Counted from the first letter of the whole stretch, positions 46,004-58,906 are shown. The stretch: 63,579 nt of DNA, filler included, from Olpidium bornovanus S191 (GCA_017911155.1; 25 parts of 25 records of this genome joined end to end with filler, not necessarily neighbours in it), one strand, 5' to 3'. The notes: generated by a model not told the origin, from the sequence alone. A program made the numbers and translations.

Positions 46004-48191
46004 ATGGCACGGGGCAAGTTCAAGAAGTTGGTCACGCGCGTCGCGGATGCCGCCCGACGTTCGGCCCCGGGTAAAGTGGCGTTCCGAAACACGACGAATG
46101 TGCGAGCCGTAAGATCCGTCGTGTACAACGGGCCAGTCGCCGGGAAACGTACCCGCTCTAGACGCGAAAAGGGAGAGCTCAGCAGCTCTGACGAGTCCGA
46201 GACCGAAGACGGCGAAACGAGCGACGAGAACACCGATCCTTTTTCGGGAAATCAAGCCGTTGACGAATCGTCAGACGCTTCGGCAGAAGCGATCCTCCCT
46301 TCGGGCCAGAAAGTCAGTGCAATATCGTGCGGGGTGTCCCTGTGTCCTTTTGTTTAGTCACAACGCTGCCTTCTGACATCCTCGTGTGTCACTCCGTCCT
46401 ACCTTCAGCGGCGACGCCTGGTCCCGATTGATCCACCTAGCGACCCGCAAAAAGAAAACGCCGTAACGACGTTGGAGAAGGCCGCACTTGCCCCATCGCC
46501 TATTGATCGATCCTCGATACCAGAGGACAGGAGAGAGGACATGCGGTGCATGGCAGCTAGCCAGACTGGCGCGGTGGCGCGCAGGCTGATTGTGGCAGAG
46601 GAGGGGGCGACAATTAACACGAATTAAGAACTCAGGAATCTTATCCAGCACATTCAAACGATGGCACCACGATACCGCATATTCGCGCGCGGGGTACCAC
46701 GGCTGGGCGCGTACTCTTTGAAGTTCAGCCCTCATCTCCGCAACACAACGTCGCACGTCCGGCGATATGGGAAGGCGGTCCGGCCGTTTGATGACGATTT
46801 CGAAATTATATCGCGTCTGGCCACATTCGTCTGCGTCGTCCACTCGATGGCGAACGATCCCGACTTCAGGCGGCCGCTGAAACATGAAGAAGGACAGCGG
46901 GTGGATCGCGAATTCTGCTCTGCTCTGCTGTACGTGTCCGCGAGCACAAGGGACCGCTTCGATCGCGATCCAGAGTACGTTCGAGTGTGTCGGGCTCTCG
47001 TCCTTCAGCCGGCCATTTTCCGCAGCACCAGCGGAACTCGAGGCCCTCGAATCCCATTTTCTCCCGCGGGTCCCTTGGTCGCTGCTGATCGATTTCGATG
47101 TCGTCCTGACGCCAATGCTGGACGAGCACCTACGCACGGTGCTCTGGTACGGATACGGTGTCTACGGAATCCAACCCGGATTAGGCCACGCCCTCACGGC
47201 AATCCGGAAGCAAGAGGCGAAGAATGTGCTGATGATGAGGAGCGTATTGAAACTGTATGGTGGAACCACGGCGTCGCAGCTGTCGGATATCGTCGAAGAA
47301 TTCCGGAACTCCGCGTTTCGAGCTCAGCGGAATGACACGTTACCAGCGCCGTGGGCGCTTCATTTCCTGGGAGGATTTCTCGAGCTACTGTTAGCGTGTT
47401 TACATTGTCAAGTGCAGTTGAGCCGACCTGCGCATCCCAATTTGAAAGGCCCTCAGCCGGCAATGATGCAATTGCTGTGGGCGCAATGGGAGCGACTGGT
47501 TAACGCCGTTGTGGATAATTTTAAAGCCTGTGTCGGCGACGCCTTGGCAAACAGTGACATCGAAGACCAGAGTGATGAGGGCGTAGCAGTTTCAAGTGGA
47601 CCGCCTGGTGAGGTGATAACGACGGCAGTGCTAACAACTGCATAAGGAACAGGATCTCAGGCGGAGAACGGAACCGCAACGCCAAAACCAGCTGCAGCAG
47701 GGCGAGAATTACAGGCGGAGAACAAGATCGCGACACCGGCCTCCGTCACGACTACTCAGGTTGATGTTTCGTCAGACGCGGCGTCGATGTTTCGTCGGAC
47801 GCGGGCCCCTTCGGTGCCGGACCCCCGGAGCGAGGTGGAACCGACTACTCGGGTCGATGTTTCTTCGGACGCGGCTGCCTCTTCGGTGCCGGACTTCCGG
47901 AGTAAGGTGGAGCCCGGTGGCTCGGAGGTCCACGACGTGTCCGCGACCAACACTTCAGCCACGGTGACTTCCACATTGGGCCCGGCTGCGGAATCTTCCC
48001 TCGAGCAGTTCCTTGCAGACGCGGGGATGTCTCAATACCTCTCGAGGTTCCAGGTGGAGGGCGCTGAAGAAATTGACGATCTCGGCTTTCTTACCGACGA
48101 GGACTATGCAAAGCTAGGGGTGCCGCTGATCCGTACCAGGAAAATCCAGCAGAAACTTCGAGCGGAAATGGCGGCGAGCGCAGGCGGTTGA
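46004..48191 (+). pseudogene. Disrupted gene: basic/acidic N-terminus, unidentified helical domain, Ser/Thr-rich linker, C-terminal SAM domain
   Basis: A 45-nt intron at 46313-46357 keeps the frame. In-frame TAA at 46625 and 47643, frameshift near 46990. SAM motif: SLEQFLADAGMSQYLSRFQVEGAEEIDDLGFLTDEDYAKLGVPLIRTRKIQQKL. Confidence 0.7.
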
Positions 48192-49500
48192 ACTCGTTCT
48201 TGATTTTCGTCCGCCGATGCCGCTTTCTGCCGAAGAGTTGCTCTGCATGCTCGATAACACCCCTGACGATTGCAGTGACGGTGACGATGGCGTCCACTCA
48301 ATACCAGCTGTTCCAATGGCTCAGAACATCCCGCACACGATGGCACCGGATCCTTGCAACGGCGAGCCCTGTCGTGGATGCTGAAGACCTTCGTTGCCCT
48401 GTGTAGGGATTATATCGAGGCAATACTTGATACTAAGTGATTCACAATGCCTGATGAATCCTTTTAGTTAGTGCAGCAAGCGGGGGAAGAACCCTGACTG
48501 CTCCACTCGCCTCCAAGTTTCCGTTGCCAACCGACCCATTCCATTATCTCCTCGCCGCGCTTCCGCGCCTTCACAAACCCTCAATTGACCAGCTCTCGAA
48601 GGGTGTTATGCGTCACATAAAATTGGCCGATGACGCCCGCTCCAAATCACATCCCCTGTATCACTGCTTGTGTTCACTATCCTCCCTGTGTCCCCTGTAC
48701 CACTGCTAGTGTCTTGACTGTTACGCTGTCCAGCCTGACGTGTTCGATAACGAGAGATACCAACCTTTTGAGGGTACGGCGGTGAGATCATACGGTCATC
48801 ATTGTCGGAGATCGAATCGCCTGGATCGACCTGTGGTGTATATGCGATGAATCCAAACGGCGGAGGAAAAGGTCCAGCTTGGCATTTGGCAGTTTCAGCG
48901 TGAATTTCCACGTGGATGCCGTGGCCATGAACTTTCTGATCGAGCACGCGTTGCACTGGGGGATTGTCATGAACGCGGCTAGCATTATCAAACGGTAGCG
49001 GCGTGACGCACTTCAGCGTGGCACGTGACCCGCTCCGAACATATTTAAAAGAGCGAGTGAGAGCCGGGAGTGCAGAGTACGCAACACTAATATAACTTTC
49101 CCCCAGGACCCGGCACGTTGCGGTTTCGAGGAAGCCTACCGCATTAGCGCTCAGCCCAACTTACTGTCGAGGGCACGCATATTTCGCCTGCACTGGTTTA
49201 AAAGTTGTCCAGGATACTGCAAGAGCAAACCATTAAGGACTCCAAGGAATGACTGTCTGTGGCAGAAAGGCAATCCCGATCGTCACACCCGCGGCAGGTG
49301 AAGCAATATCAACAAAGACATCCGTTTGGCCGAAAAAGCACACGATTGGCATTCTATAGATGAGATGTCATGCAGTACGTCCACCATCGAACAAAACGCG
49401 AGACAAACAAAAGTCCTCAATAGCGTAATGACATTTGGCTATCGTCGACTGGAGAGGCGTCAGCCCACTCTAGGTGAAAAGTATCGAGTGCGCTCTATTT

Positions 49501-50560
49501 TCAGACCTTGAAACCGCGGCTGGCGCGGCGACCACGTGCGCGCTCGAACTTCCGGCCCTTCGAGCGGACATAGGGCTTGGCGTGGCTGCCGGGGACACCA
49601 GCAGCTCCAAAATGCTTAACTGCTTCGCGGGAATTCTTGGGACCACGTAGAAGGACAGTGGTTGACCCGGTGCCTTAAGCGCAAGCTGATCGAGGGTGAG
49701 GCAGGTGCCGCCAGCCTTGACAATGCGGGCGCGGGCGGCCCCGGTGAAACGGAGGGCCGCAACGGTGAGCTTGGGCACCTCAGGAATACGGGCGTCGTCA
49801 GTGACCGTGCCAACCAGGACAGCGGTCTTGTTTGTGGCGTTCTTCATGTTGCGGGCGATGCGGGAGATGCTCATTGGCGGCCGATTCACACGGGACACGA
49901 ACAGGCGCTTCAGGCCAACCTTGTTAAACTTGGCGTTCGTTCGACGGGCAGGAAGCGATAAAGCTATGACGCAGAATAACCAACAGCGAGTTCATGGGGT
50001 AAATATGCTAGCGACAGCGCTGAGAACCAGCCGCGGTCATTTTACTGTCTTCCTTCCGGGACGTACTCACCTTCACCAAAAGCCGAAGGTAAACGTCCTG
50101 CGACTTGGGGGCCGAACGATTCCCCTTCCGTACATGGTGGTGCTTGATGTCAATACCCTGTGAGTGGGCAGCGAAAACAGTAAAGCCTTTCATTCAAAAG
50201 CCTAACCTTTTGTCGAAAGCGTCCAGCAGCTTCCAATTCGCGGGAAGTTGACGACCACCAGATGGCGGAGGAAGCGGCGAACGAACTTCGTCACGAATAC
50301 GAGTACACTCCGTCGGACACTTCCGGTAACGGTTTGGCGCAGCAGGACACGTCTGCCACTTTTCGCCCGCAAGCGAGGGCGCCGCAGTGACGTGACGCCG
50401 CTGCTTGCGCCCGGTTCGCGAAATCGCCGGCCTCGTTGATTTCGGCTCCACTGACGCGGCAGAAGCTGCCGGGGCTGCCCGTCTGCCACGTAGCCGGCTT
50501 GCGATCGGCTGCGGGAACGGCAAGGGATGGGGGTGGGCTCGAGAAGGGCTGACTCACCAT
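49501..50560 (-). CDS. RPL18: 60S ribosomal protein eL18, three exons, with two frameshifts as sequenced
   Basis: ATG|[29 protein letters not shown]|LYRFL(shift)[10 protein letters not shown]...[13 protein letters not shown]...[12 protein letters not shown]...[17 protein letters not shown]...LDQLALKAP(shift)[18 protein letters not shown]...[25 protein letters not shown]. Confidence 0.95.
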
Positions 50561-51498
50561 CTCTGCGTTTTCCCCCGGGCCCGTCTGGTTGGGTGCCTGG
50601 CGGTTACAAGAGGCCGAGAGGGGTTGCAGGCCCCGCCCCCACCCGAGGAAGTATTTGGCCGGCTTCGCTGCTAAAGGCAGAACAACGCACAGATGCCAGA
50701 AACAAATCCGTCGGGTCGCCGTTTTAATCTACTTGCCGGTGACGAAGCGCCGCAGCGTGGAATGGCAGGTGGCCAACGCCAGCGTCGCTTCCCGAAAAGC
50801 AATTGAAATGAGTTGGCCGTTCTCGCGGTTGTGCCAAATCAGCAAATCGTTGACTTTGAGAGGTGAATTGCGCGAGGAATGCGAGCAGGTTGTGCTCAAG
50901 TACGACGACATCGTCGACAGAGTTGATACGGCCGACGCACAAGGTGACCAATTAGATTTGAATGTCCTAAACAAGGCATCCACATACCATGTCGTTCGCG
51001 CGGTCAGATTTGAACGTGGGCGCGAGGCAGGAATGTGAACCTTGCTTCTCTGGCTCTCGGCGCACACGCGCGTGACCTTGCTTGTCAACTTCCAAATAAT
51101 GCTTTGTCTGACCGGACCAAGCCTGCCCAGACGTCATTCTCTCCATTTGGCACCATCCACCATTTTTCAACCATGACGTAGAGCTGAAGTTTTGATATCT
51201 CGAAGCTTGCCAATTGCGGTACTCGTGTGTGCTGAGGTCTCGGGAACGGCATGGGTAATGTGCTCCGCTGTTGGCTTGCAAAACATTCTATAAGCCGGCT
51301 TGCTCGTGCTTGGAATGAACGGCCAATGATGACCTTTGAGTTATAGAAGATGGCTTAACCGGCGGTGAAGAAGGAGGTGGTACAAACGGCGTACATTGAC
51401 AACACTTGGGCCAATATGTCGGCGACGAATGCCATGCTCTCAAATTATGATGTCGCAGTGCTGTAAGTATGCCATCAACACCATGGAATTTTTTTTTC

Positions 51499-51543
<45 letters not shown>

Positions 51544-51925
51544 CCGTGTGTCGGCGGCGTGAGCACAGGGAAACTCGGTCATGGCTGACCGCTTCTATAC
51601 AGCCCGCGTCGGAGTGAGATGCTGAGAGAAAAACAGACAAAAAACATTCATGCCTATACAGTGGAAATGCGGGAATATATTACGAGGGGAAAATGAAGGG
51701 GGGCGGGCGGCGGGAAAAAGGCGAGCCCTCAGCTCAGGCCTTTGAGCGCCATTGCGCTGACGACCGCATTCACAATGCAAGCTCTCTGGTCAGCGGCGGG
51801 GCCGCCGCCGTTATCAGACGGCGCTGCCGCGGGCGGTCCCGCTTCCTCCAAACTCGATTTCACCGCTCGTTTTATTCCGTCTTCTAGCTTGTAATACTGA
51901 TTTCCGTGGAAGGCCCCGAAGAGAA

Positions 51926-51965
<40 letters not shown>

Positions 51966-52090
51966 GGGGGGGGGGGGGGGGGAGCGGGGGNNNNNNNNNN
52001 NNNNNNNNNNNNNNNNNNNNNNNNNNNNNNNNNNTTAATTAATTAANNNNNNNNNNNNNNNNNNNNNNNNNNNNNNNNNNNNNNNNNNNN

Positions 52091-52603
52091 CCGATCGCCA
52101 TGTTTGCCCAGCCTGCGCCTACGCCGCCAGTCTGGGCTCGAGTCAGATTCGTATGTGACAGAAGTATCTCCGCCCGTCAAACTCGACAGGCTGCAGGCAT
52201 CGCCGCTAGCAGTCCCCTCATCGCTGAACCCCAGGTCCCACAGTTGGTTGTGGTAATTGTCGATGGCCGGTTGATCAGCGACCCCCGTGCTCCACACCCT
52301 CTTGTGCGGGCCGCGCGACCGCAGTATCGCAGTCAGGCTATCCAGATCCTGCCAAAGGCAACGCAGCCGGCGGCCGGAGACAAAGGGGTTTAAACGCGGG
52401 CCTGCGAGCCGAAAACGTTGGCAGGCGGCGTTGCCCCCTACCCTGAGGAATTCGGTGTTCCTGCTGCTCACGCCACCCGCGATCTTTCTGACCAGATCGC
52501 CTGTCTTCTGCCTCTTGTTGGTAGCCGCCCGCCTTGCCGCTTTGAAGTTCGCCCACTCCTCCTCCAGCGTCATCGCCCCCGACAGTGCGATGGAAGCGGA
52601 CAT
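52091..52603 (-). CDS. Unidentified ORF running off the contig end
   Basis: Protein-like reading (TLEEEWANFKAARRAA...IDNYHNQLWDLGFSDE) with no recognised family. Confidence 0.3.
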
Positions 52604-55396
52604 GGCAGTGACCGTGCGAATACGCCTCTCCTCGGGCGGTTGCGTTTTGCACGGCGGATTTTCGTGTGTAACCTTTCCGGCTGGTGCAGCCGCCGCAACT
52701 CGTTCTCACCGTCGGAGAGATCGCCCAAACGCCTGCGCGGTGCAGAAGAACGGGGGTGGCCGACTGTCACCTCGAGGTCCCGCGGGAGGGCACGCAAAGG
52801 ACGCCACACCGGAGGAAGCTCGCGTCTCGGGGCCCTGGCCGCAGCCGGGCGGCCGTCGCGAGAGCCGGTGTTGGTGGCGGGCCAGGGGCGAGGCGCACAC
52901 CAGCAGCAACCGGAACGATCCGATTTTGGCGACCCGGGCAATCTGCAATGCCGACGCCGGACCTTTCACTATAAACAGCTAGAGTCCCTTTGTCGGAAAC
53001 GGAGTTACGACAAATCAACCCTTGTGAGTTTCTGAATTTTTGAAATGTTATACCGCATGTCTTGACGATTGTTTCCGTACTATCGAGGATACTGCGGTCC
53101 ATTACGGCAATGCTGTACCGGCAGTAGGGAATACTTTTATTCGGCAAGGAGGCCCGTCCGCAAGTACCACTGGAGGNNNNNNNNNNNNNNNNNNNNNNNN
53201 NNNNNNNNNNNNNNNNNNNNTTAATTAATTAANNNNNNNNNNNNNNNNNNNNNNNNNNNNNNNNNNNNNNNNNNNNTCATGCGGGGGACGCGCGCGGGGC
53301 GGTCTCGGCCGTGTTTTCTCTGCTTGGCTTCGCTGTTGGCGCCGGTATGCGCAGGAATTGACGCAGGGGGGATCGCATTTGTTTTTTTGCATTTGTTTTT
53401 TTGTTTTTGTTTTGTTTTTGTTGTTGTTAAAAAAAAAAGAAAAAAAAACTAAATCCTTCCACTCCGGCTTGTGATCTGCGCCGGTGCCGCCTTCCCTGCG
53501 GATGGCAGAGAGAAGGGAAGGGGAAGCGGCGGGAGAAGAGAGGGAAGGAAAGGTGACCCTGGCGGAAACCGGCGGAAAACCGAGCGCAGGATTCCGCGTG
53601 CGGAGGCCGTTTTTGCCGCAGGTTGCGAAAGGCGGCGGGCGGGGGAGGGCGGGCGAAAGAAAAGCTGAAGTTGCGGCGGCCGCCCCAGACCGACATTGGG
53701 TCTGCCAAAAGCTGCGGCCGACGCAGCAACGACGCTCCGGAACTTTGACCGGGAAGTGGGAGGTGGAGGGGGTAGGGGATTTGAATTGCCGTTGCCGTCC
53801 AACCGCGACAACCAACACCAGCACGGTTTTCCGAATTCTGCGCCGGGCCCGTTTGACAGGGGAAAGAAGAAATTGGCAATTTAATGCGGGCAACGTTTCG
53901 CTTTCTGCGACGCGCCGCAGTCGACAAACGCATTTGCAGCGAAGTATGGGCGGGAGGGGCGCGCGGGGGGCTGGGGGGGGGGGCGGCTGCGCTTTCGCGT
54001 TCTTTTTTTTCCGATCTCGGCCGCCCCTCCGTTTCCTCTCTCGTCCCCTGCAGCGGAAGGGGAGGGGATTGGAATGCGAAGCGCCCGGGGGAGGGGAGAG
54101 TGCGTGAGTCAGGGGAGCGGCCGCCTGCAGAGCGCGGCAAACCGCCCCTTGTCCCTTGTCCCTCCCCGCTTTATCTTTCTTTTTTTTGCCTGCCAGACTC
54201 GCAGACGCCCGCCGGCCGGGTTCGCCCCGCGCGGCTCGGCGTAGGCGTAGAAGGTAAAATGGCAACGCGCAGCTCTTCCGGAGCGGCCCACCCCCCCTCC
54301 CCCCCTTTTTCGCTTCTTGCTTGCTCAAACGTCGGAGGCGTTTGTTTGCGACAGTGAAAAGCAATCGTTCAAGCAAGGCTTACGGAAAGTTGCAGACGAG
54401 ACTCGACGCGTGTTCCAGATTGCCTCTCGAATGTGTCGAAAGAGGGCATAATAAGCATTTCCGGTGGCGCTCGAGTGAGAAGAACCCCTGCAAGTCCCTT
54501 GGACACTAGATTTATTTTGACAAAATGGCTAGGCTAGATACAGATAACGCCGCAGGCGGTAGTCTGCGCGAGGCTACGGCAGCGCACCACTTGCACCAAC
54601 CGTGCGAAGCAGATAATGAGTCTCGGACCGCTGTCGCGTGACCAGGCGACAAAGTGCACTGCGGGGGTTGGTGTCTCGGCCAGGTCACCTCCTTACANNN
54701 NNNNNNNNNNNNNNNNNNNNNNNNNNNNNNNNNNNNNNNNNTTAATTAATTAANNNNNNNNNNNNNNNNNNNNNNNNNNNNNNNNNNNNNNNNNNNNCAA
54801 AGCGGGGGGGGGGGGGGGGGGGGGGGGGTGGGGGGGGGGGGGGGGGGGGGGGAGGGGGGAGGGGAATGGGAAGCAAAAACCGGTATGGTGCCGCGAGCCT
54901 GCCTCTTGCCCTCTTGCGGTCGCTCGCCTTGCGGTATGTACAGTGGTGTGGACCCCGCGCAGGTGCCGCCTGAGGGTTTCGAGAAACCGTTTCACCGGCT
55001 GCGGCGCGCGCCCGCGGTTCGCGGGCTTGAAACCGAGCGCTTCTCCGCGACGTCGTGCTACGACGATTTCCCGTCAGCGTTTCGCGGCCGCCTCGTCCCC
55101 CCCTTTCGTCTTTCCGTTCTGTCCTCATCGCCAGTGAAGGAAAGGGTGCAAGGCGAAAGAACGGACGGGAGCGTGGCACGGGGGGGGGGGGGGGGGGCGG
55201 GGGGGGGGGGGGGGGAGGCAATCGGGGGTTTTTCGAGCGGGCCCCACCTTGTGCGGGGTCTGCGGTCGAGCCGTCGGACCGCCGTTTCGACGCCACGTCG
55301 AATCTGATCGGAAGTTCCTTTGCAATCTGTAATTCCCAGCCTTCCTGTACGGGCGCCGCTGCTTCCGCACCAGGGGCTACCGTCTGTTGCCCACAG

Positions 55397-55799
55397 GGTT
55401 ACCCGGTGTGCCTAAGCGCCAGCGGGGCTCCTTCTTCCAGAACGTCCAGCACGGCCTCACCTCGGACACCTTCGACGTCCGGGCCAACCTCGCCGACTCC
55501 GGCGACATCCGGCCGGGTCTGGATGCGGACGACGTGCAGCGGATCATGAAGCGGTACCACTGCTCGTTCGACCAGGCGCGACTGATTCAAGTCCAGGAGC
55601 GCATGCGGTGAGGGGTTGCCGAGAGGCCTGGGGGTCCGCCCGCCGCGGCGCACACGCTCCGTGCTTGCGCCGCCGATGCCGGCGGAGGATTTTTGCGCCG
55701 GAACCGATTCGCTTGCGCCGCGCCGGTGGGGAAAATTGCCCCGTGCGGCTCTTGCGACGCTCCGCATTCGACCGACCTTGAGCGCGTCCGTAATCCTGT

Positions 55800-55841
<42 letters not shown>

Positions 55842-55921
55842 GTTTCAGCGCTAACGGCGTGGATCCACAGACGGGTCTGCCGCTGGATTCGAAAGCTATT
55901 ATTTTCCGAAGCTCTAGTTAA
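55397..55921 (+). CDS. Fungal DUF2015 (UPF0357-like) protein, last two exons
   Basis: SFFQNVQHGLTSDTFDVRANLADSGDIRPGLDADDVQRIMKRYHCSFDQARLIQVQERM|RANGVDPQTGLPLDSKAIIF fits the DUF2015 pattern. The start exon was not located. Confidence 0.8.
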
Positions 55922-56402
55922 AGCGGGCCCAGTCTTTCTTCGCTTTCCCCGGGGGGACGTCGTCCTGTTCCTGAACACAGGAATGGCCAATGGGCCCGCC
56001 TGATTCCATTGTGCATTTGCTTTTGTATCATTTCTTCGGGAAATCTCTCTCGCTTCCCGATGTCTGCGTTGGTCAGCGGTTGGCTACGAAGTTCCAGTCG
56101 AACGCGATGCTCCTTGACGCCAAGTCAGTAGCGAATCTATCGGAACCCTCCCGTCCAGTTAGTCTTGCGGGCAGATTCCCAAATACGGTTTCGTTCACGA
56201 ACCAACGGACAACTGGGATAGATCGCCCTACTAGTCCGATTAGCTAGTCGGAGTCGGATCCGGTATCAGAGATTCTAACTGCTATTAGAATCGGAATGCA
56301 TGNNNNNNNNNNNNNNNNNNNNNNNNNNNNNNNNNNNNNNNNNNNNTTAATTAATTAANNNNNNNNNNNNNNNNNNNNNNNNNNNNNNNNNNNNNNNNNN
56401 NN

Positions 56403-57809
56403 CATGTACAACCTTAACGTGCTGCCGCACGTGGCCAGCACAACCAGCGTCACGACGTCCCCCAACGAGGTCCCAAGCGGGGTGGCGATATTTGCTGAGG
56501 GCGAAAGAAGACGGACCGTTCGCCGTAAGCAAATGGAGCATCAACGGGCAGCCGGGTGACCCGCCGCGGGGCCCCGATGCCGAGATCGACGGTTAGTTGA
56601 AAACGATTACCAGGATTGATGTTGAGCGCCCGACTGCAGAGAATGAGTGCGCACATGAACGTGCCGAGGACAAAACTGCTTATCGCCGCGCACCCCATGC
56701 TGGCCGTTATGATCAGGGCCACCTTGAGGGCAGATGCAGTCGCGTTATAAAAACGTAACGTCAGGCAGTTCCATCAGACGTTCGCGGCAGGCGCCGGGAA
56801 GCTGCACGCTCCGCACCTCGCTCCAGGCGCTGGGGTGCGGCCGGGCGACAGCACCTAAGGCGAACGAAAACAGGCCGGCGGCCGCGCCGATGACCAGGCT
56901 CTGAAGCTGCAGCAGGCTCAGGTTCCCGACGATGACGGTCTTCCGGTGCCGGCGGTCGTCGAGGAGGCCGCTATTCGCGGTGGTGGTGAGGCGAGCGGCA
57001 AGGTTCATCTCGAGGTTGCCCTTGAGGTTCAGCAAAATGGGAACGAGCATGAACAGCTCCTTGATGTCCACGAACGCCGGCCAGTGTTGAACCACATCGA
57101 GGAGCCAGCCGGCAAGTATTTCGCCGACCACGCTCGCCGCCAGGGACGGGGAGGCCTGTGCGACCGGCGGGGAGGGATAGAGGCCGCAACGTCGCACCGC
57201 GGGAATCCGACGCGTCAACCGCAGATCGCGACGGGCAAAATACAGGCCCAGACGCCCGAGCGCCGCGGCCAGTGAAAGTTCCCGGACGCGCCGAAGCTCG
57301 GGCTCGCAGGGGGCGGGGGAAGGGGGGGGGGAGATTATTACCTGAGCAACGAGCTGGATCAGGTCGTCCTTCGCCGCGGTCTTGTGGAGGACAAGTCCGC
57401 CGTAAGGGGCGTCGAACCGGTCGAGCTCGATGCGCTCGGCGGCGCCGGCCTTCGTTTTCGCGGCGGACTCCCCGTCGCCCGGCGGAGGAGGTTTGCGCGG
57501 CGGCAGGAGGGCCGCTCCGTCGGCCGCCAGGGTTTCCGCGGAGTCGTCCCTGGTCATCGGGGACGGCCCGGGCTCCGGCGAGGGCGTCCCGGGGCTCCGC
57601 GCGCGCCGCCCGCGCGCGCCCGCGGCGGGGCCTCGGTCTTCCGGGAACTCCCCGCGCGCGGGCTCGGGAGCGCCGCGGGAGCGGCGGGGAGCGCGCTCCC
57701 GCGCGGGGTCTCGGCCCGGGCCGCCCGCGTCGTCGCCCGCGGACCCGTCGTCGGACAGCTCCGCGTACCCGTGGTGCGGATCCGGCCAGCGCAGCAGCCC
57801 CGCGCGCAT
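56403..57809 (-). CDS. SLC41/MgtE-type magnesium transporter, 3' partial
   Basis: LLDVVQHWPAFVDIKELFMLVPILLNLKGNLEMNLAARLTT; GNLSLLQLQSLVIGAAAG; CSRALNINP; NIATPLGTSLGDVVTL (MgtE PX6GN and P(D/A)X4PX6D-like motifs). Confidence 0.93.
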
Positions 57810-57877
57810 TGCGGCCGGCGGCGGCGGCGGCGGCCCCCGGGAACGCAGGCGACGCCGCGACCCGGCGCGTGGAGATC

Positions 57878-57912
<35 letters not shown>

Positions 57913-58642
57913 CGAGCGGGCGGGCGGGCGGGCGGGGCCGGCTTCCGGGGAAGGGCGACGCGTGGGCAGCCGCCGCGGGTCAAAACGCCCCAGATGTCAC
58001 CAAAAAGAGACACCAAGCACAGTCGAGCAAGCTTTGGTGTGCGGATTCCCCAGCGGAGAACCACCCGGACATATGCGAACGCCCCCCGTTGTTATCGGGG
58101 ACGGACCGACAACCACAGATCCACACCAAGCTTCTCCCATCCGCGAAGCAGCAGGCAAAATGAAGGAGACCGTCGAGCAGGGCCGTGCGGTCCGCCACAT
58201 TCGACAATTCAAGGGGGCCGAGCCGCCGCACGCCGTATGGCGGATAAGAAGCTCCGGTAAAAGGGATCTTGCTCCAGGGGCGTTGTTAACTTACCAAGGG
58301 AAAACCCCAGTACTGATGATCACCGCGATTATGATGAAACCGCAGTGGCCGGCACATTAGGAACGGCGTAACGGGTGGGCAGAGGGCCCACCAAGGCTGG
58401 TTCAACTGTCTAAACCTCTCGGGGGTATAATCTGGTTTCACGTGTACCTTGCCCTACGGCGACTCGGGCGCGCTGTTCGTTTTTTGCCCCTGCAATTAAT
58501 GCCGGTCTCACTCGGCCAGAAGCCTTGGAATTAACTTGAAAGAGAACTATCCGGCACGTCGGCAAACAGACGCGGGAGCCAGCACGGCGGGTGGAAGGCA
58601 AATCAACAGGCAAGAAGGGCGAGGCGAAGTTGTTTTTTTCTT

Positions 58643-58689
<47 letters not shown>

Positions 58690-58819
58690 TTTTTTTTTTT
58701 TTTTCTCCNNNNNNNNNNNNNNNNNNNNNNNNNNNNNNNNNNNNNNNNNNNNTTAATTAATTAANNNNNNNNNNNNNNNNNNNNNNNNNNNNNNNNNNNN
58801 NNNNNNNNGCGCGCGGGGG

Positions 58820-58852
<33 letters not shown>

Positions 58853-58863
58853 CGCGCGCGGGG

Positions 58864-58906
<43 letters not shown>

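Noticed and set aside
46625-47645. TAA-to-Gln reassigned genetic code in the SAM gene
   Set aside because: A frameshift is also present, and a host gene in the window (DUF2015) terminates with TAA. C-to-T decay or sequencing error is simpler.
50160-50557. snoRNA in the 400-bp first intron of RPL18
   Set aside because: There is a GTGACGA C-box variant without a D box, and an ACA without a convincing H box. Not supportable without a covariance search.
50589-51480. TMEM17/216-like or other gene between RPL18 and the contig end
   Set aside because: There are short motif resemblances (VPQLASF), but the spacing and hydrophobicity do not fit, and the coding strand is unresolved.
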